Below, piece by piece: positions 9,356 to 18,750 of a stretch of DNA of 41,633 bases. The translations under genes were made by a program, and so were the position numbers. Source of the stretch: an uncultured Elusimicrobium sp. (GTDB taxonomy: Bacteria > Elusimicrobiota > Elusimicrobia > Elusimicrobiales > Elusimicrobiaceae); the NCBI GenBank assembly GCA_902767385.1, contig CACXHA010000040.1, positions 1 to 41,633 of the forward strand. Reading direction: 5' to 3'. Below the pieces are notes generated by a model. That model was not told the origin of the DNA, ran no database searches, and worked only from the letters and a program-made list of their open reading frames with translations. The stretch's first letter is position 1. The number at the start of each line of letters is the position of its first letter.

Positions 9356-10621
9356 ATGAAATTTTCTGCTTGGCTTTGCGTAGGTCTGGCTCTTTTAGTA
9401 AACGCTTGTGCAGTTCCATCGGCGCGTACCAACGCATATGGGGGAAAATTACCTACCGTAACCGCCAAGCTTCCCCCCGAACCTACCCATCTGGGGCGCC
9501 CGTCTGTATTGGAAGAGGACGAAGAGTCTGCCCAAGCAAACACCTCAACCCCCAAAACCAAAAAGCAAGACCGTACGGTGCGCGTACTTATTGTAGAAAA
9601 CAGCAAATCTACTTATATTAAACACTCTGGACGCGTTAATATATACACCCAAGATTTGTCCAAAAAATACAAAATTTCCCGTGGGGGTACCCTCTCGGTA
9701 AAAACACACAAGAACGCCCAAGTCCAGGTAGGAACGTTGACCTCGAGTCAACCCGTTATTATCGTTCCGGTGGATGCAACCACTTTGGAAATTGACAAAG
9801 TAGTTTACACAGGGACCTTATATGTTTTGCCCAGTAAAACTTCGTTTAGCATTATTGAATACACCCCGCTGGAAAATTACTTGTACGGCGTCCTTCCCTA
9901 TGAAATGCACCCCACTTGGGCTTTAGAAGCCCTTAAAGCGCAAGCCGTAGCAGCACGCACTTATACGCTAAAATCCATTGAAAAAAAAGCCGACGAACCC
10001 TTTGATTTATACGCCGATGTACGCAGCCAAATGTATAAAGGGAGCACTACCGTGCAAGATTCCATTAAAAAAGCGGTTGACCAAACCCGCGGACAAGTAC
10101 TAGCGTACAAAGGGGAGCTATTTTATACTTACTATCATGGGAACTGTGGCGGTGGTACCGACCATGTAAGCATTTGGAACCAAAAAGCCCCCCACATTAA
10201 ACCGCTGGCCGGCAATACGTGCAAGTTTGACACTCACTCCAAAAGCTATACTTTTAAACAAGACATTGCCAAATCTACGGTAGAGAGATTTACTAAAAGC
10301 CAAGGACTTAAGGGAACTCTTAAAAGTATTAAAGTCGCTAAAAAAACAGGTACCGGCCGGGCCAGTTATTTAACGCTTAAAACTTCCGGCGGCAGCAAAA
10401 CCGTTCTTTGTTCCTCGTTTCGTGCCGCTACCGGGGTACGCAGCTGCAAACTAACTAAAATTACTACCGGCTCCACAAAAGTTCATTTTGAAGGGCATGG
10501 ATACGGGCATGGAATCGGTATGTGCCAAGACGGCGCCCATGGGATGGCTAAACAAAATTATACGTATAAGCAGATTTTAAAACATTATTATCCGGGCAGT
10601 ACGCTCTCTCAATTTAGGTAA
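9356..10621 (+). CDS. SpoIID/LytB-domain lytic transglycosylase, lipoprotein
   Basis: Start reassigned to MKFSAW; lipobox VNAC; LENYLYGVLPYEM, ALKAQAVAARTY, GYGHGIGMCQDGA, ILKHYYPG. Confidence 0.92.
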   Translation: MKFSAWLCVGLALLVNACAVPSARTNAYGGKLPTVTAKLPPEPTHLGRPSVLEEDEESAQANTSTPKTKKQDRTVRVLIVENSKSTYIKHSGRVNIYTQDLSKKYKISRGGTLSVKTHKNAQVQVGTLTSSQPVIIVPVDATTLEIDKVVYTGTLYVLPSKTSFSIIEYTPLENYLYGVLPYEMHPTWALEALKAQAVAARTYTLKSIEKKADEPFDLYADVRSQMYKGSTTVQDSIKKAVDQTRGQVLAYKGELFYTYYHGNCGGGTDHVSIWNQKAPHIKPLAGNTCKFDTHSKSYTFKQDIAKSTVERFTKSQGLKGTLKSIKVAKKTGTGRASYLTLKTSGGSKTVLCSSFRAATGVRSCKLTKITTGSTKVHFEGHGYGHGIGMCQDGAHGMAKQNYTYKQILKHYYPGSTLSQFR

Positions 10622-10624
10622 CTT

Positions 10625-11662
10625 ATGGCTTTTGAACGTTTCAAAAAACTCAATTTAGACCCTTTAATTGCCAAACAACCCGCCACGCCGCGTGATTCTT
10701 CGCGCCAGATGGTCTTACACCGGGACACACACACTATTGAGCACCGCATCTTCCGCGATATTCACGAATATTTTAACCCCGGTGACGCACTCGTCATCAA
10801 CAATACAAAAGTGTTTCCCGCCAAGCTCTTTGCCCATAAACCGACCGGAGGCAAAGTGGAAATTTTGCTTGTGCGGCCTATGCAAAAACCCAACATCTGG
10901 GCCGTTTTAACACACGATTATAAAGAAGGCTTGACGCTGGATTTTGGCGGTGGCTTACGCGGCACAATGATCGGCACCACGCAAGATAAAGAATTTTTGG
11001 TGGAATTTAACCAAGAGGATATTTTGCCTTTCTGTCACGATCACGGGCTCATGCCGCTACCACAATACATTGAAAAAGCGCGCAAACACAGCGGTCTTTC
11101 CGCCAGTATTGAAACGGACAAAGAACGCTATCAAACCGTCTACGCCAAGTATGAGGGCTCTATCGCCGCCCCTACGGCCGGATTTCACTTTACACCAGAA
11201 CTGTTGCAAAAACTAAAGGATAAAGGCGTAAAAATCTGTTACATTACGTTGCACGTGGGATGGGGCACCTTTAAACCCTTACGCGGGGAACCGACCGAGC
11301 ATAAAATGCTGGCTGAACTGGGCGAAGTAAGTGAGCAAACCGCCCAAACATTAAACGCCGTACGTGCGGCAGGCAAACGGGTTTTTTCTTGCGGCACTAC
11401 TTCCACCCGCACGCTGGAAAGTTTCACAGACGAAAATCATATCACACACGCAGGGAAAAAATGGACAGACTTGTTTATTTATCCGGGTTATAAATTCAAG
11501 GCCATTGATTGTTTGATTACCAATTTTCACTTCCCGGACTCTACCCCCTTGTGTATGACCTCTGCTTTTGCCGGGGAAGATTTTATTTATCAGGCTTATT
11601 TGCAAGCGGTGGAAAAAAAGTACCGTTTCTACTCTTTTGGCGATAGCATGATGATATTATAA
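10625..11662 (+). CDS. queA: S-adenosylmethionine:tRNA ribosyltransferase-isomerase
   Basis: NNTKVFPA, MPLPQYI, RYQTVYA, SIAAPTAGFHF, TNFHFP, YRFYSFGD. Confidence 0.97.
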   Translation: MAFERFKKLNLDPLIAKQPATPRDSSRQMVLHRDTHTIEHRIFRDIHEYFNPGDALVINNTKVFPAKLFAHKPTGGKVEILLVRPMQKPNIWAVLTHDYKEGLTLDFGGGLRGTMIGTTQDKEFLVEFNQEDILPFCHDHGLMPLPQYIEKARKHSGLSASIETDKERYQTVYAKYEGSIAAPTAGFHFTPELLQKLKDKGVKICYITLHVGWGTFKPLRGEPTEHKMLAELGEVSEQTAQTLNAVRAAGKRVFSCGTTSTRTLESFTDENHITHAGKKWTDLFIYPGYKFKAIDCLITNFHFPDSTPLCMTSAFAGEDFIYQAYLQAVEKKYRFYSFGDSMMIL

Positions 11663-11699
11663 TCCCCGCAAGAGCAATCATATTTTCTATAATATAAAT

Positions 11700-12611
11700 A
11701 TGGCAAAAAAAGATGATATACTTGTAGCTAAATCTGCCGGGTTTTGCCCGGGGGTGAAGCACGCAATTGACCAAGTGGTTGCTTTAGAAGCAGCTCACAA
11801 AAAACCCATTTACACATTGGGGCCGCTTATTCATAACAAGCAAGTAACTTCTATGCTGGAAATGAAAGACATCCGCGCCATCAACAAACCCGAAGAAGCC
11901 ACGGATAAACAAGGCGTGTTAGTCATACGCGCCCACGGGATTACACCGGATTTACAACGTCAACTAGAAGCGTGCGAGATGAGCGTGGTAGATGCTACTT
12001 GTCCTCTTGTAAAACATGCCCAAAATATTATTGCCAAATATGCCGTACAAGACTATCACACCGTTATCATTGGGGACGCAGAGCATGCAGAAGTAATCGG
12101 GTTAATGGGTTACGCCCAAAACCGCTGTCATGTAGTTTCTTCTTTAGAAGAAGCTCGGGCACTTCCTCACTTTGACAAAGTAAACGTGGTCAGCCAAACC
12201 ACCCAACAGGAAAGTGTGTTTTATGAACTAGCAGAAGAAATCAAAAAACACGCGGATATTTGCCAAATTTCCAACACCATTTGCCAACCTACTAAAGACC
12301 GTCAAAAAGAAACGATGGAGCAAGCCCAAAATGCGGATTTGGTAATTGTAGTAGGCGGCAAACATAGTGCCAATACCGCCCGCTTGGCAGAACTTTGCCG
12401 CGGCTTATGCAAGCACGTGCAGCACGTAGAAACGGAAGACGAACTAAACGAAAAAGAAGTAGTAGAGGCAAAAAAGATTTTTATTACAGCGGGGGCTTCC
12501 ACCCCCAGTTGGGTCATTGACAGTGTAGCTTTCCGCGTGAAAACACTGCGGGACCGCACCACGCGTAAAGTGGTATATCCGCATCAATTAGGAGAAAAAT
12601 ATGACCATTAA
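11700..12611 (+). CDS. ispH: 4-hydroxy-3-methylbut-2-enyl diphosphate reductase
   Basis: AGFCPGV, IHN, RAHG, DATCPLV, SQTT, NTICQPT, HSANT, TAGASTP. Confidence 0.96.
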   Translation: MAKKDDILVAKSAGFCPGVKHAIDQVVALEAAHKKPIYTLGPLIHNKQVTSMLEMKDIRAINKPEEATDKQGVLVIRAHGITPDLQRQLEACEMSVVDATCPLVKHAQNIIAKYAVQDYHTVIIGDAEHAEVIGLMGYAQNRCHVVSSLEEARALPHFDKVNVVSQTTQQESVFYELAEEIKKHADICQISNTICQPTKDRQKETMEQAQNADLVIVVGGKHSANTARLAELCRGLCKHVQHVETEDELNEKEVVEAKKIFITAGASTPSWVIDSVAFRVKTLRDRTTRKVVYPHQLGEKYDH

Positions 12612-13701
12612 ACGGATTGGAATCTTAACCGCCGGCGGCGATTGCCCCGGTTTAAATGCAGTAGTACGCGCCGTAGCTAAAAACGCACTCGGCCAAGGGA
12701 TTGAAGTTTTTGGCGTGCGTAACGGTTTTGACGGACTGGTACGCAATGATATTTTTAAACTTACCAATGAAACGGTCTCCGGTATTTTAACGTTGGGTGG
12801 CACTGTTTTAGGTACCAGTAATATCGCTAACCCCTTTAAGTACACGTTGGCCCCCTTCGGCTCACCGGAAAAACCGCGCGATGTTTCTACGGTAGCTTTA
12901 CATAATTTTAAAGAGCGCGAACTGGATGCTTTAATTACCATCGGCGGGGACGGGACCTTGCATATGTCCCAGCAATTTGTGGAACTGGGGATGCCTATTG
13001 TAGCGGTACCTAAAACCATTGATAACGATTTAGACGCTACCGACCAAACTTTCGGGTTTGATTCGGCTTTACACATTGCTACCGAAGCCATTGACCGTTT
13101 ACACACCACCGCTCAGTCCCACCACCGCGTGATGATTGTGGAAACCATGGGCCGCTATGCTGGGTGGATTGCGTTGCGTTCCGCTTTAGCAGGTGGCGGC
13201 GACATTGTACTAATCCCCGAAATTCCGTACAACGATGAAGTAATTGTAAACTACATCTTAAATCGTAAACGCCGAGGCAAAAATTTTAGCATTGTAGTAG
13301 CTGCCGAGGGAGCCAAGAACGAAAAAGGGGAACTAGCCGTAGCCCGTACCGTAGCCGGCAGTACCGACGCTATCCGTTTGGGTGGAATTGCTTACAAATT
13401 AAGTGATATGATTGAAAAACACACCGGCATTGAGTCGCGCGCGTGTGTACTAGGGCACACCCAACGCGGCGGTACTCCCACTGCTTTTGACCGTTGGCTT
13501 TCTACCTTGTACGGGGCCAAGGCACTAGATATGGTTGTAGAAGGAAAATTTGGCTCTATGGCTTCGTTTAAAAATTTCGGCATGACAGAAGTGAAAATAG
13601 CGGACGCGATTGCCCATTTAAAACGAGTGGACCCGCATGGGGCCGAAGTAAAAGCCGCCTTGGAAGTAGGCATGAGCTTTGGTTCAGCTGAGATTGGTTA
13701 A
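12601..13701 (+). CDS. pfkA: 6-phosphofructokinase (group III-like, probably ATP-dependent)
   Basis: GGDCPGLNA, GGDGT, PKTIDND, ETMGRYAGW, LGHTQRGG. Confidence 0.93.
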   Translation: MTIKRIGILTAGGDCPGLNAVVRAVAKNALGQGIEVFGVRNGFDGLVRNDIFKLTNETVSGILTLGGTVLGTSNIANPFKYTLAPFGSPEKPRDVSTVALHNFKERELDALITIGGDGTLHMSQQFVELGMPIVAVPKTIDNDLDATDQTFGFDSALHIATEAIDRLHTTAQSHHRVMIVETMGRYAGWIALRSALAGGGDIVLIPEIPYNDEVIVNYILNRKRRGKNFSIVVAAEGAKNEKGELAVARTVAGSTDAIRLGGIAYKLSDMIEKHTGIESRACVLGHTQRGGTPTAFDRWLSTLYGAKALDMVVEGKFGSMASFKNFGMTEVKIADAIAHLKRVDPHGAEVKAALEVGMSFGSAEIG

Positions 13702-13719
13702 ACACCCGGGAGGAATTGG

Positions 13720-14472
13720 ATGCAAGATAACCAAGACATTATTTACGGAATCCACCCGGTCATGGAAGCACTTAAAAGTAAAAAGCGCAACGTGACCCAA
13801 CTTTATGTGTCCGATAGTAAAGCCGGGCATCGCATCGTAGAAGAAATTATCCGTTTGGCCAAACGGACCAATGTACGCATTGACCGTATTGAAAATAAAG
13901 TCTTGGACCGTTTAACCGGCAACGCCAATCACCAAGGCATACTGGCCAAAGTTCAGCCTGTTAAACTTCTAAAACTCTCCACCGCTATTTATGAGGCAGA
14001 CGGTAAGAAAGACGAACTTTGGCTAGCCGTGGACGAAATGACCGACCCGCAAAACTTAGGTGCTATTATCCGCAGCGCTGCCTGTTTGGGGTTTTCTACG
14101 ATTATTTTACCCAACCGCCGCACCGTTGGGATTACACCCGCTGTCTATAAAGTAGCCTGCGGGGCCATTGAAAATATCAATTTAGTGGAAGTGGCCAACC
14201 TCTCTGCCGCCATTACGGATCTGAAAGAAGAGGGTTTTTGGATTTACGGTGCCGATATGACCGGCAAACCGATTCATAAAGTGCAATACAACTCCCCCGC
14301 CGTATTGGTAATCGGTTCGGAAGGGTTTGGTATCCGCGAAAAAACGGCCGAAAATTGTGATGAAATTGTTTCCATTCCACAAAAACAATTAGGAAACGTA
14401 GATAGCTTAAACGCTTCCGCCGCCGCTAGTATCATCATGTATGATATGATGAGTAAAATTAAACTAAAATAG
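13720..14472 (+). CDS. rlmB: 23S rRNA (guanosine-2'-O)-methyltransferase RlmB (TrmH/SpoU family)
   Basis: IYGIHPVMEAL, NHQG, DPQNLGAIIRSA, IGSEGFG, SLNASAA. Confidence 0.9.
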   Translation: MQDNQDIIYGIHPVMEALKSKKRNVTQLYVSDSKAGHRIVEEIIRLAKRTNVRIDRIENKVLDRLTGNANHQGILAKVQPVKLLKLSTAIYEADGKKDELWLAVDEMTDPQNLGAIIRSAACLGFSTIILPNRRTVGITPAVYKVACGAIENINLVEVANLSAAITDLKEEGFWIYGADMTGKPIHKVQYNSPAVLVIGSEGFGIREKTAENCDEIVSIPQKQLGNVDSLNASAAASIIMYDMMSKIKLK

Positions 14473-14487
14473 TTTCATTGTTTGCAT

Positions 14488-14521
14488 AAAAAATCCCCGC
14501 TTCTAACGGCGGGGATTTTTT
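14488..14521. terminator. Bidirectional terminator between convergent genes
   Basis: AAAAAATCCCCGC-N8-GCGGGGATTTTTT. Confidence 0.9.
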
Positions 14522-14540
14522 GTACTTAACAAACCTAAAC

Positions 14541-15185
14541 TTATTTGGATAAGTTCTTCCAAGCTTCTTTTTCTGCTTTTAAAGCTTCCTTGGCTTCTTT
14601 GGCAGCTTGTTTGGCTTCGGCTTTTCTAGCTTTGGCAGCTTCTTTTTGAGCTTTTTCTTGAGCCTTGGCTTGTGCTTTAGCATCGGCTTTAGCTTGTTTG
14701 GCTAATGCTTTGGCATCTTCGGCATTAGCTTTCATAGCTTCTTTTTGCGCCGCGGTTTGATTTTTGAAATTACCCTCGGTTTTTTTAGCTAACGCTTTGG
14801 CATCGGCCTCATTGGCTTTTAGTGCCGCTTTTTTAGCAGCGGCTTGTTTTTTAAGCTCTTCCTTTTTAGCTTTAGCTTGGGCTTTAGCATCGGCTTCATT
14901 AGCTTTGAGTGCTTCTTTTTTAGCAGCGGCTTGTTTTTTGAGTTCTTCCTTTTTGGCTTTGGCTTGGGCTTTTACGTCGGTATCAGCTTGGGCTTGCGCT
15001 TGTTTGGCCAATTCGGCACGTTTGTTCTGCACGTTTTGCTTAAACGCATTTACTTTAGACAATGTGCAATTATTGATACAAGCTACGTCCGTATCAGCAC
15101 AACCACAGTTGTCGGCAGCGTTGGCGCTAGTCGGCCAAGACAGGGTCATGGCAATGGCGAATACAGCTAATAATACTTTTTTCAT
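14541..15185 (-). CDS. Secreted Ala/Lys-rich coiled-coil repeat protein
   Basis: Signal peptide ending ANA, four-Cys N-terminal segment, 29-aa repeats; AAGGAG RBS. Confidence 0.8.
   Translation of the reverse strand: MKKVLLAVFAIAMTLSWPTSANAADNCGCADTDVACINNCTLSKVNAFKQNVQNKRAELAKQAQAQADTDVKAQAKAKKEELKKQAAAKKEALKANEADAKAQAKAKKEELKKQAAAKKAALKANEADAKALAKKTEGNFKNQTAAQKEAMKANAEDAKALAKQAKADAKAQAKAQEKAQKEAAKARKAEAKQAAKEAKEALKAEKEAWKNLSK
14718..14978 (-). repeat. 87-bp (29-aa) tandem repeat, three units
   Basis: DVKAQAKAKKEELKKQAAAKKEALKANEA / DAKAQAKAKKEELKKQAAAKKAALKANEA / DAKALAKKTEGNFKNQTAAQKEAMKANAE. Confidence 0.85.
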
Positions 15186-15277
15186 GTTTTCTCCTTGTAA
15201 ACTAAAACAACTGACTTGTATATTGTACTAAAAAACGAGAGTTGGGCTCAATGCGCTTATTTTGCTAAAATATAATT

Positions 15278-16342
15278 ATGGAAACCGCATTACCGCAAGT
15301 TCCGTTATGGATGAATATTTTACTGGGGATTGTTGCCCTGCATCTGCTGGTGATGCCGCTTGTTTCGCGCTGGGCGGAAAGCCATTTGGAACTTTTTCTA
15401 TTGGCTATTGGGGCAGCCGCGGTAACCATTAGTGGAAAATGGAGTGGCGAACTGATACATAAAACATTAGCTGCCCCGGTATACGTATCATTTATTGTAG
15501 TAGTAGTCAGCGTAATTTTCAACAATTATTCCCGTTATATTTTTCGCATTTTATTTGCCTTTTTCCGCACATTGGAACCCCGGTACAGTTTTGCGCTGCT
15601 CGTTTTTATACTTGGCTTGGGCTCCTCTTTGGTAAGTGTTACAGTGGCTGCCCTTATTTTAGCCGAGGTACTCCAAGTAGTTAACCTAGAACACAATACC
15701 ACCGTAAAAATTACCGTCTTTGCTTGTTATGCTATAGGGCTGGGGGCTGTGCTTACCCCGCTGGCCGAGCCCATGGGGCTCGTTATCAATAATGCGCTCT
15801 CCGGTCCGCCGCACCATGCAGATTTCTTCTTTTTACTACGTCATTTTTTTGGTTGGATTGCCCCGGCCATTTGCGGCCTTTCCGTAGCAGCGGGATATGC
15901 GGCCCGCCATGCCGGAACCACTATGCAAATGCATATCCGCGAAGACAAAGAAAATTACTCCTCTATTTTGCGCCGCACGTTACATATTTACATGTTTGTG
16001 GCAGCACTCACCCTTATCAGTACAGGGTTACGTCCGTTAGCGCAAAGCACTATCACCCATTTAGGCGGAAAGGTCTTGTTTTTAGCAAATGCCGTTTCGG
16101 TAATTATTGACAATGCTACGTTAGCCGCCATTGAGATTGTGCCCACTATTTCTTCTACAGACCTTATTTATATGATTATCGGGTTAGCCGCTTTTGGCAG
16201 CATGCTTTTACAAGGGAATTTACCCAACATTGTAGCAGCTGAAAAATTAGGTATCAAAAGCCGGGAATGGGCCCGTGTAGCCGTACCCACCGGGCTTATT
16301 TTAATGGGCGTTTATTTTATATTACTTTTTATTTTCTTATGA
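15278..16342 (+). CDS. DUF1646-like polytopic membrane protein (putative ion transporter)
   Basis: About 10 TM segments; LELFLLAIG, GLGAVLTPLAEP, IDNATLAAIE, GNLPNIVAA. Confidence 0.75.
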   Translation: METALPQVPLWMNILLGIVALHLLVMPLVSRWAESHLELFLLAIGAAAVTISGKWSGELIHKTLAAPVYVSFIVVVVSVIFNNYSRYIFRILFAFFRTLEPRYSFALLVFILGLGSSLVSVTVAALILAEVLQVVNLEHNTTVKITVFACYAIGLGAVLTPLAEPMGLVINNALSGPPHHADFFFLLRHFFGWIAPAICGLSVAAGYAARHAGTTMQMHIREDKENYSSILRRTLHIYMFVAALTLISTGLRPLAQSTITHLGGKVLFLANAVSVIIDNATLAAIEIVPTISSTDLIYMIIGLAAFGSMLLQGNLPNIVAAEKLGIKSREWARVAVPTGLILMGVYFILLFIFL

Positions 16343-16351
16343 GGAGGAAAA

Positions 16352-16780
16352 ATGCTTCATTCCACACAAGGGTCTATTTATAGAACCGTTCTAGCTATTT
16401 TCATTGGGTTGGCTTTTTGTTTTGCACTCAGCTGGCCTCAATACGCCAAGTACCGCAACGGCAAACATCTTAACCGTGCTGCTGAACTCGGTCGCGCGTT
16501 GGCTTTTGCCGAAGGCTCTTATAAGCAACAACATGGGCAATATACACCGTTATTTCGTCAATTGAATGTTTCCCTCCCCTGTCCGACGATAAACAACGGG
16601 CAAGGCCCTCACTTGGATTGCCCCGACTATATCTATCAGTTGCAAGAAAATGAAATAATCCGGGTCTCCCATAAACAATTACCCGTATGGTTGGAAGTAA
16701 ATATCTCAGTTGGGAACGTTACCTGTCACCATCCGGAAAATGATTGGGCCGGGCAAGATTTGTGTGCCCGGATGCAATAA
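16352..16780 (+). CDS. Type IV pilin-like (PilE-like) protein with a degenerate prepilin site
   Basis: Short leader ending in G, hydrophobic helix, PQY motif, Y...G.Y segment, four Cys in the globular domain. Confidence 0.6.
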   Translation: MLHSTQGSIYRTVLAIFIGLAFCFALSWPQYAKYRNGKHLNRAAELGRALAFAEGSYKQQHGQYTPLFRQLNVSLPCPTINNGQGPHLDCPDYIYQLQENEIIRVSHKQLPVWLEVNISVGNVTCHHPENDWAGQDLCARMQ

Positions 16781-16833
16781 AAAACGAGTCTAATTTGTTA
16801 CAATAAAGTGACAGAATTTAAAAAGGAGAAATT

Positions 16834-17424
16834 ATGAAAAAATTATTGATTGCTTTACTGGCTTTGCCACTTGTGTTTGCCTGTTCGCCCAAGGTGAAAC
16901 GCATAGAAACCAATTTGGTTAAAGATGTAAGCGGCGGTTGGAACGATACGGACGCCCAAATGGTCGCCCAAGAAATGATTACTGACTGTTTAAACAGCGG
17001 TTGGTACACTAAATTCTTAACCCGCAAAGGCAAGGAACCGGTGGTCATTGTGGGAACGGTTACCAACAAAACCATGGAACACATCAATACACAAGTGTTT
17101 GTGGAAGAGATGCAACGCGCGCTCATCAATTCTGGCAAGGTGGAATTTGTAGCCTCCAAAGAAGAACGCGGCGAAGTACGCAATGAACGCTTGGAACAAG
17201 ACGAATTTGCCAGCGAAGCTACCCGGAAAGCTTTTGGACAAGAAGTCGGGGCTGATTTTATGCTTAGCGGAGTGCTGCAAAGCGTGGCAGACCAAGCTGG
17301 CAGTAAAGCCGTCGTTTTCTACCAAGCTAACTTAAAGCTTATCAACATTGAAACGAACCAAATTGTGTGGAACGGTCAAAAACAAATTAAAAAATACGTA
17401 AAACGTAGCAAAGTTTCGTTCTAA
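16834..17424 (+). CDS. LpoB-like penicillin-binding protein activator lipoprotein
   Basis: Lipobox VFAC; NKTMEHI, GADFMLSG, YQANLKLINIETNQIVW. Confidence 0.82.
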   Translation: MKKLLIALLALPLVFACSPKVKRIETNLVKDVSGGWNDTDAQMVAQEMITDCLNSGWYTKFLTRKGKEPVVIVGTVTNKTMEHINTQVFVEEMQRALINSGKVEFVASKEERGEVRNERLEQDEFASEATRKAFGQEVGADFMLSGVLQSVADQAGSKAVVFYQANLKLINIETNQIVWNGQKQIKKYVKRSKVSF

Positions 17425-17426
17425 TT

Positions 17427-18740
17427 ATGACCAAGAAGGCGCTTTTAGCAATCGGTGCGGTTGTCTTGTGCTCCGCCTGCGGAGCGCCTTCTTTGCGCTA
17501 TAAGTACGAAGTAAATAAACTGGCCTCTCAAGGCAATTTTGGACAAGCTGCAGATTACGTCAACGCCAAAGCCAAAAACAACTATGGCAAGCGGGACGTA
17601 CTTCTCTATGAATTAGACCTGGGAGCTTTACTGCACGATGCCCAGGACTTTGCGCAAAGTGATATTTTATTTGCCAGTGCGCAACAACACATCACCGATT
17701 CTTACACCAAAAGCGTTTCTGCCTCTGCCGCACGATTTGTCATTAACGATTTAACGACCCCTTATTACGCCGCCAATTACGAAACGGCTCTTACTTTTTT
17801 TTACCGCGCTATGAACTTTTTACAACAAAACGATATTATGTCCGCCGGAGTAGAAGCACGCAAAGCCGTTTTCTTCTTAGACCACTTACGCGCAGATAAA
17901 AAGAGCGGATACAATGACGACCCTTTTGTGCAGTACATGGCAAGCCTTATTTTTGAATCTACTGGGGAACTTTCCGATGCGCGTATCGCCCGTACCAACG
18001 CCTTAAACGCTTATGCAAAGCACGGGTGGACCAAACCCAATTTTTCCGTTCCATCTAATTGGCAAGATTACGCAGAGGTCATTATCTTGCATTACGTCGG
18101 TAAAATTCCCCTTAAAAAGAGCCAAACCATCCAACTGGCCTGGCATCGGGCACTTATCCTGGCAGACAGTCCGGTAGAAGGGGAAAGCCCCATTGCACCG
18201 GAAGTAGAAAACGCCATTAGTGCCGGCCTTACCGGTTCGGCAGTAACGGTTGCCTATCCGGTATTGGAAAGCCAACCGTATCACATCACCGGCTCTAGCG
18301 CGGTAATTGGTGGGCAACGTTTTGCCATGCAAAAAATGACGGACGTAAGCGAGCTTGTAGAGCAAGATTTGAGAGAAAAGTTACCCGGCATTTGGTTTCG
18401 TTTGGCCACGCGGGCCGTACTTAAACGGGTGGCCGCCGTACAGGCACGCCACGCAGTAGACGGAAGCGGGAGTGAGAGTGACCGCTACGGTTCTTCGGGT
18501 TGGCTGGCGGAAATGGCTGTTAGTTTATTAAGTGCCGCTACCGAAAAAGCCGATACACGCCAATGGTTTACGTTGCCTGCACAAATTTATATGACGCGTG
18601 CTTTTGTTCCTCCCGGTACGCAAAATATTCAATTGCTTCTTACAGACAGCAATGGTAATATTATAAAGCAACACACTTTTGAAAATGTAACGGTACCCAA
18701 AGCAGGGCGAGTTTTCCTGCACCACCGTACCGCATATTGA
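17427..18740 (+). CDS. COG3014-like TPR lipoprotein
   Basis: Lipobox CSAC; TPR-like helices; PYYAANYE, ARKA, EKADTRQWFTLPAQ motifs; follows the lpoB-like gene. Confidence 0.7.
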   Translation: MTKKALLAIGAVVLCSACGAPSLRYKYEVNKLASQGNFGQAADYVNAKAKNNYGKRDVLLYELDLGALLHDAQDFAQSDILFASAQQHITDSYTKSVSASAARFVINDLTTPYYAANYETALTFFYRAMNFLQQNDIMSAGVEARKAVFFLDHLRADKKSGYNDDPFVQYMASLIFESTGELSDARIARTNALNAYAKHGWTKPNFSVPSNWQDYAEVIILHYVGKIPLKKSQTIQLAWHRALILADSPVEGESPIAPEVENAISAGLTGSAVTVAYPVLESQPYHITGSSAVIGGQRFAMQKMTDVSELVEQDLREKLPGIWFRLATRAVLKRVAAVQARHAVDGSGSESDRYGSSGWLAEMAVSLLSAATEKADTRQWFTLPAQIYMTRAFVPPGTQNIQLLLTDSNGNIIKQHTFENVTVPKAGRVFLHHRTAY

Positions 18741-18750
18741 GAGGTAAATT

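Noticed and set aside
7724-11662. ruvC and tgt absent next to ruvAB and queA
   Set aside because: They are often encoded elsewhere; absence cannot be judged from one window.
14718-15231. Tandem repeats as a possible CRISPR array, and the hydrophobic plus-strand ORFs 14764-15231 and 14844-15170
   Set aside because: The repeats are contiguous, in-frame 87-bp coding units without unique spacers; the plus-strand ORFs are antisense to Lys/Ala codons.
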